Virus record (IMG/VR): IMGVR_UViG_3300025697_000033 | Location: 1-52,090 of that record | Length of the DNA stretch: 52,090 nt | Origin: a virus | Lineage: Duplodnaviria > Caudoviricetes | Direction: 5' to 3' (one strand) | Part shown: piece by piece, positions 47,828 to 52,090 of the stretch | How positions within the stretch are numbered: position 1 is the stretch's first letter | Layout of the letters: the number at the start of each line of letters is the position of its first letter | Notes under the pieces: generated by a model | The model's database searches: none | Seen by the model: only the letters and a program-made list of their open reading frames with translations | What the model was told of the DNA's origin: nothing | Program-made: the position numbers and the translations under genes

Positions 47828-47917
47828 CACAAAAGCGCCCGCTCGGCGTGGGAACCGAGCGGGCCGGGCGGCGAAGGATCCGCCCGTGGGATGGGGTGGG
47901 TGGCCCCGAGGGTGCTA
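47828..47917 (-). terminator. Lysis-operon terminator within the direct repeat (copy 2)
   Basis: Same hairpin plus T-tract, directly after the holin-like gene. Confidence 0.8.
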
Positions 47918-48250
47918 AACGTTGTGCTTGGCTTGATCTTTCAAAAAGGTGAGCTTCCCGGAAATCAGCGGGGCAACAACAGTCGTAATCACGGTTGCGA
48001 TGGCCGCGTCGCCATCAATGCCCCAGGGGATTTTGTCACCAAAAAAACTGCGGGCGAATGTGAGAATGGCAACCACCGTTCCGCCGCCGACAACCACGCC
48101 GCCGATGGTGTGTTTTGCGGTAGTTCTCGCCTTTTTGCTCGACTTCTCTTTGCTTCGATTCCAGATCGCCATACCATTTCTCCTTCGGGCTTTCACCCAT
48201 TTGTGTTGCGCTCTATGGCCGCGCCACACGGCCTTAATTAGTCGCCACAT
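47915..48250 (-). CDS. Holin-like membrane protein
   Basis: Two hydrophobic segments; downstream of endolysin. Confidence 0.55.
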   Translation of the reverse strand: MWRLIKAVWRGHRAQHKWVKARRRNGMAIWNRSKEKSSKKARTTAKHTIGGVVVGGGTVVAILTFARSFFGDKIPWGIDGDAAIATVITTVVAPLISGKLTFLKDQAKHNV

Positions 48251-48537
48251 TATCCAACCAACCGAGGCCGATAATCATGGTCAACAGTGCCACCAACGCT
48301 TCAAACAGTCGCATCAACTCTTCTATCATTTTTTCCTGCCTTTCTGGCGTTTTCCGCGCCACTTGAAAGTGTGTCCAATCTTCACGCCACGGCCCAATAG
48401 CCATTTGATGATATTCATCGATACGCCCTCGCCAGCCACCAACGCACCCGAACCGCCGCGTAGATCGCCCATAAAGCAAATAGGTGAAGACCAAGACCAA
48501 AGTCAGTGCAGATCTGGTCGAAGATGCTTTCCTTCAT
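48234..48537 (-). other. Chain of three ATGA-coupled micro-ORFs (48415-48537, 48326-48418, 48234-48329)
   Basis: 40, 30 and 31 aa; each start overlaps the previous stop. Confidence 0.45.
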
Positions 48538-49058
48538 CGGTACGCCCTCGCCAGCCAGCCTTTCAGGAATCGCCCGTACTTGCTCCGGTTTTTCGTCGCC
48601 AACACGCGATAGAATCCGGCCTGCTCAGAACGCATCGCGCAAAAGAGAGAGAGCGCCGTCATACTATTGGCGGCCTCGGCTGTCTTGCGGCCTAGAATGC
48701 CATCCTCGACAAGCGGGAGCCCACACGCCCTGCACGCCCGCTGTAGAATTTTCACGCCTTGGCGGATGCCCATGTTGACCACGCAGTCGAAAGTCTTCTC
48801 AGCTACTGTGGCGTTCGTTAAATTGCAGAGTTTGGCGGGCACCCAGAAGCGGTCGAAATAAAGCTGGATCGCCTGCTCTTCGCTCAAACCCTTGATGTCA
48901 TCCGCGTCGATGTCTCCGTCGCCGTCCACATCGAGACAGGCTTCGCGGATTACAGGAATGGTGATACCATAATTCGTGACCCCCGCGTGATCGGTGGTTA
49001 GTCCGCCTTCGTTTTCCAGGACGGTCCTTATAGCAAGCTCGAAGAATGCGTGTCTCAT
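48534..49058 (-). CDS. Endolysin, glycoside hydrolase family 108 with PG_binding_3-type tail
   Basis: VLENEGG, GVTNYGIT, FDCVVNMG, DGILGRKT, FLKGWLAR; EF-hand-like DVDGDGDIDADD. Confidence 0.93.
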   Translation of the reverse strand: MRHAFFELAIRTVLENEGGLTTDHAGVTNYGITIPVIREACLDVDGDGDIDADDIKGLSEEQAIQLYFDRFWVPAKLCNLTNATVAEKTFDCVVNMGIRQGVKILQRACRACGLPLVEDGILGRKTAEAANSMTALSLFCAMRSEQAGFYRVLATKNRSKYGRFLKGWLARAYR

Positions 49059-49179
49059 GCGTCCGCCGCTCCTCTGTCTTCGTCTGGCACGGATACCTCG
49101 ATATGCGGTATGCCGTAAATCATCACAAACGATCTGGGGTTATACGCCGCGCCGCCGGGTTGAACCTTAATCAATACGT

Positions 49180-49524
49180 TCATGCTCTCGCCTCCGCAAC
49201 TTCCTTCAAATCCAGGGCAAGCTCCGCCTGTGTGGCGTGGTGCTCTTCGAGGGTGGGGATCTCGGTGACTGCGGACCAACCCGCATCAATGATGTCGGCG
49301 GCTCTTGCTAATGCAACTGACATTGCTCTCGCCTCAACAGCCCCGCCAATTCTCCCAGGCGCATCCATAAAAACGAATGGAGGCTGTTCTTCCAGTCGAT
49401 AGGCTTCAAACCTTACCTGTATTCGGGTAGGTCCAGAAAATTCTTCCAACGGCTTTCCGGGGAATAGCGTCACTACATAGTTACTCCCAAAGTTCTCCCT
49501 AATCGCCACCACGTCATCGCACAT
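49180..49524 (-). CDS. Hypothetical protein
   Basis: AAGGAG RBS before MCDDVV. Confidence 0.6.
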   Translation of the reverse strand: MCDDVVAIRENFGSNYVVTLFPGKPLEEFSGPTRIQVRFEAYRLEEQPPFVFMDAPGRIGGAVEARAMSVALARAADIIDAGWSAVTEIPTLEEHHATQAELALDLKEVAEARA

Positions 49525-49735
49525 GATTTTCTCCTTCGTTTTGTAAAAGGCGGGCGCGTTTCGTGGTGCCAGCATTCTATGATGCTGCCCAGGTGGCCTG
49601 CGCCCGCTTGACCGCTGGTTAAACCAAGCGGCGCGGTTTGGTTTCGGCCACTGAAAAATGTACGGGGATTTCGGCTTTCACCTCCACTTGCCGCCAAGAA
49701 GCTATCAAGGCCGACGCAGCGTCTATCCCGAAAAA

Positions 49736-49812
49736 TGGTAGCGGCGACGGGACTCGAACCCGTGAACTGCTGCGTATGAAACAGCCGAGATGACCATCTT
49801 CTCCACACCGCG
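49736..49812 (-). tRNA. tRNA with CAT anticodon (Met, partly initiator-like)
   Basis: 77-nt cloverleaf CGCGGTG TG GAGA..TCTC G GCTGT TTCATAC GCAGC AGTTC ACGGG TTCGAGT CCCGT CGCCGCT ACCA. Confidence 0.9.
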
Positions 49813-49913
49813 CCAAAACTGATTCAACTTTTCCCTTCCAGAGCGACGGGCCGGGGTTTCATCGACCCGCCGCCAAACGAAGGAGAAACGCCATGAAACG
49901 CTTCCCTTGTAGG

Positions 49914-50444
49914 TTAGCATGAATGGGGCGGGGTGTCAATAGGTGCTGGCGCTTCTTCGGTTCTACCCGCCAATACATTAGGCGTTGTTCGTTGCGCCGC
50001 TATCATCCTCCTGGCGTCATCTTGGCCCGCCTTCGCCCCCATGATAATTTTGCCTTGCTTGAATAGTCGGTGCTGATGCGCCCGGACATCGGGATCGTCG
50101 AGTTGAGATTCGTCCACTCCCATCTGTCGAAAATGCGCCTTCAACATGCCCCGGAATGATGACCTGAATCGGCGATCATTGTATTCGGTGGCCTCTATGT
50201 CCGTCAAGACTTGCAGGCCGTCCTGGTGGATTTTCACGGTGTAGCTTTTGCCAAGATCTTCAAGTCCCAAGCTCATTGCTGCTTGCAGCCCCATCAACGC
50301 AAACTGGTATTGCACGGTTCCGCGCTTTTTGTTCGTGATGGTTTCAATTTCAGAAGCCGGGAACAAATCGCCCTTTTCGATAGACTCATAGTCGAACGGA
50401 ACTCTGCTTGCTATTCCGTCTTGTGTTTCTTCTGTGTCGCTCAT
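49914..50444 (-). CDS. Unknown 176-aa protein directly downstream of the array (candidate accessory of the RAMP system)
   Basis: AGGAG RBS before MSDTEETQ; same strand, 36 bp after the last array unit. Confidence 0.75.
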   Translation of the reverse strand: MSDTEETQDGIASRVPFDYESIEKGDLFPASEIETITNKKRGTVQYQFALMGLQAAMSLGLEDLGKSYTVKIHQDGLQVLTDIEATEYNDRRFRSSFRGMLKAHFRQMGVDESQLDDPDVRAHQHRLFKQGKIIMGAKAGQDDARRMIAAQRTTPNVLAGRTEEAPAPIDTPPHSC

Positions 50445-50480
50445 GTTTTTTCTCCTGTTTTTCCAAACCAAAATATACCC

Positions 50481-51013
50481 TCGCCATGCCTTGCCAGTCC
50501 AGGCCTTGCCTGTCCAGGCCATGCCTCGCCTTGCCCAGCCTCTCCATGCCATGCCCTGAGAAAGTCTTTGTTGTATCCATGCCTTGCCCGTCCCGTCCAT
50601 GCCAGGCCTTGCCTCGCCACGCCTTGCCGCGCCCCGCCGAGCCTTGAGAAAGCCTTTGTTGTATCCATGCCTTGCCAGTCCAGGCCTTGCCTATCCAGGC
50701 CTTGCCTAGCCCTGCCTTGCCCAGCCGTGCCAAGCCTTGAGAAAGTCTTTAATTGCTACCCTTGCCTTGCCTTGCCTTGCCTTGCCTAGCCTCGCCCCTC
50801 CAGGCCAAGCCTTGCCTTGCCCCGCCTCGCCTCGCCACGCCGTGAGAAAGTCTTTGTTGTATCCATGCCTTGCCTATCCCGTCCATGCCTATCCAGGCCT
50901 TGCCGCGCCCCGCCTTGCCTTGCCCCTCCAGGCCTTGAGAAAAGTCTTTGTTGTATCCATGCCTTGCCTTGCCTGTCCCGTCCAGGCCAAGCCACGCCGA
51001 GCCCCGCCACGCC
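50481..51013 (-). repeat. Phased GG(C/A)-NN pentamer array, 6 units (15,13,14,16,14,11 pentamers)
   Basis: Linkers at 50558-50578, 50646-50666, 50739-50761 (degenerate), 50844-50864 and 50937-50958. Confidence 0.9.
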
Positions 51014-51025
51014 ATTAAAAAATCG

Positions 51026-51589
51026 TTACACCACCAAGAACCGCCCAAACTTCGGACGGAAATCACACACGCCCTCATACATCCCCGCCGCCTCAATCGC
51101 CGTCTCAAGTTGCTCCAACTCGATCACTGTATTGTCAAACTGGATGGCAAACTCCGCGCTCCACTCATGGAAGATGGGCCGCGTTCTCACAATCCGCGCC
51201 ATCCCAACCTTAACGAGCCGTTGGTCAACAAAACTCTTATCCGCCCACAGCGCGTCAATACCCTTCGGCCCGCTGTACTTCAGCGCCGCGTCGCCATCAC
51301 AGAAGATCGACGCCTTGAAAGCCTTCCCGAGTTTGCTTTTCTTCGCGCCCGACACCAAACACGCCTCGACATATTCGCTCGGGATGCACGGGTGTCCTTT
51401 GCCGTTAAGCAACAGGCTCCCGTACCATTCTACCTCGGCCATTTGCTCGTAGGTTTCTTCGGTCTTGTTTCGCTTGCCGCTGAGTTTTTTGAGCCGTTGC
51501 GTCCATTCGTTCATCGGGTTCGCCAATTGTCCATTGTGCATAATTAGCGGCGCGATGCCTTTCACTTGGAACGTCTTTTGTTTCAACAT
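51026..51589 (-). CDS. Stand-alone Cas7/RAMP-like RNA-binding protein (187 aa), putative VIPR-type effector
   Basis: AAGGAG RBS; RAMP-like pattern: beta1 FQVKGIAPLIMH, HPCIPSEYVEACL, thumb-like RIVRTRPIF..W, C-terminal G-loop AGMYEGVCDFRPKFGRF; flanked by arrays. Confidence 0.75.
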   Translation of the reverse strand: MLKQKTFQVKGIAPLIMHNGQLANPMNEWTQRLKKLSGKRNKTEETYEQMAEVEWYGSLLLNGKGHPCIPSEYVEACLVSGAKKSKLGKAFKASIFCDGDAALKYSGPKGIDALWADKSFVDQRLVKVGMARIVRTRPIFHEWSAEFAIQFDNTVIELEQLETAIEAAGMYEGVCDFRPKFGRFLVV

Positions 51590-52090
51590 GTCATTTCTCC
51601 TTGTATTGCCTAACCTATCCATAAACCGCACAATGCGGAATATACCCTTGCCCAGCCTCGCCTCTCCCAGCCTTGCCTTGCCACGCCCCGCCTCGCCTTG
51701 CCACGCCGTGAGAAAGTCTTTGTTGTATCCATGCCTTGCCTCGCCTTGCCTTGCCAGGCCGCGCCTCGCCCATCCAGGCCAAGCCATGCCCTGAGAAAGT
51801 CTTTGTTGTATCCATGCCTCGCCTTGCCCTGCCCAGCCGCGCCGCGCCATGCCACGCCAAGCCGCGCCCTGAAAAAGTCTTTGTTGTATCCTTGCCTCGC
51901 CTATCCCGTCCCCGCCTCGCCTCGCCATGCCGATCCATGCCAAGCCGGACCACTCCATGCCGAGCCATAAAAAAGCCCCAACTACGCAGAGACCGGCGAA
52001 GGAATGCGCAATTAGGGCTAAACAGGATCGCTCCTGTAAAAACTCGCTATGTGATTTCGCCGATCTCATATTCAAACTATACTAGAAAAA
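51522..52090. repeat. Terminal redundancy, right copy (allele of 1-600)
   Basis: See left copy; includes the leader copy at about 51968-52069 and the -10 box. Confidence 0.95.
51648..51966 (-). repeat. Phased GG(C/A)-NN pentamer array, 4 units (12,12,11,15 pentamers); allele B
   Basis: Linkers at 51710-51730, 51793-51813 and 51871-51891. Confidence 0.9.

Larger units (their letters stand above)
1..52090. mobile_element. Near-complete tailed dsDNA phage genome (siphovirus-like), about 51.5 kb unit length
   Basis: Terminase, portal, capsid, tail and tape-measure genes in canonical order, plus lysis and replication genes. The ends overlap (1-600 vs 51522-52090). No host housekeeping genes seen. 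Confidence 0.95.

Noticed and set aside
49655-49730. Second tRNA next to the CAT tRNA
   Set aside because: Some pairing is present (GGGAT/ATCCC, TCGGC/GCCGA) but there is no TTC T-loop, anticodon arm or CCA. It may be another structured RNA, but this is unsupported.
50481-51966. Canonical CRISPR array
   Set aside because: The inter-linker segments are phased pentamer runs of 55-82 nt, not foreign-derived spacers, and no cas1/cas2/cas6 is present.
51026-52075. 349-aa ORF as listed, and the 228-aa ORF 49914-50600
   Set aside because: The N-terminal parts are translated array. RBS-supported starts are 51589 and 50444.
1-52090. Diversity-generating retroelement or retron as the source of variation
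   Set aside because: No reverse-transcriptase motif was recognised, and the variation is not adenine-specific.

Overview
The window looks like one near-complete, circularly closing tailed-phage (siphovirus-like) genome of about 51.5 kb. Positions 1-600 are a second, allelic version of 51522-52090. Most genes are on the minus strand: TerS/TerL, SPP1-type portal, HK97-fold capsid, neck/tail/tape-measure genes, DnaB, a Sak4-like/SSB/PD-(D/E)XK recombination module, RuvC-like resolvase, two DNA methyltransferases, a GH108 endolysin and a CAT tRNA. A short plus-strand cassette region lies behind divergent promoters. I found no integrase or DNA polymerase. The outstanding feature is a self-contained operon between the tail and lysis genes: sigma70 promoter, structured leader, 4-unit array, a stand-alone Cas7/RAMP-like gene (187 aa), 6-unit array, and an unknown 176-aa gene. 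Each array unit is a perfectly phased run of 11-18 GG(C/A)-NN pentamers, and units are separated by a conserved 21-nt linker. The two end copies share flanks but differ in all four units, so the NN content is hypervariable. This suggests a programmable RNA-guided system with a non-contiguous dinucleotide code. From memory it resembles the recently described phage VIPR-type systems, which I cannot verify here. Also notable are three unrelated leaders with the same pseudoknot/terminator fold, several insertions flanked by direct repeats, and an apparently circularly permuted exonuclease. All protein calls are from motif reading only; no database search was run.
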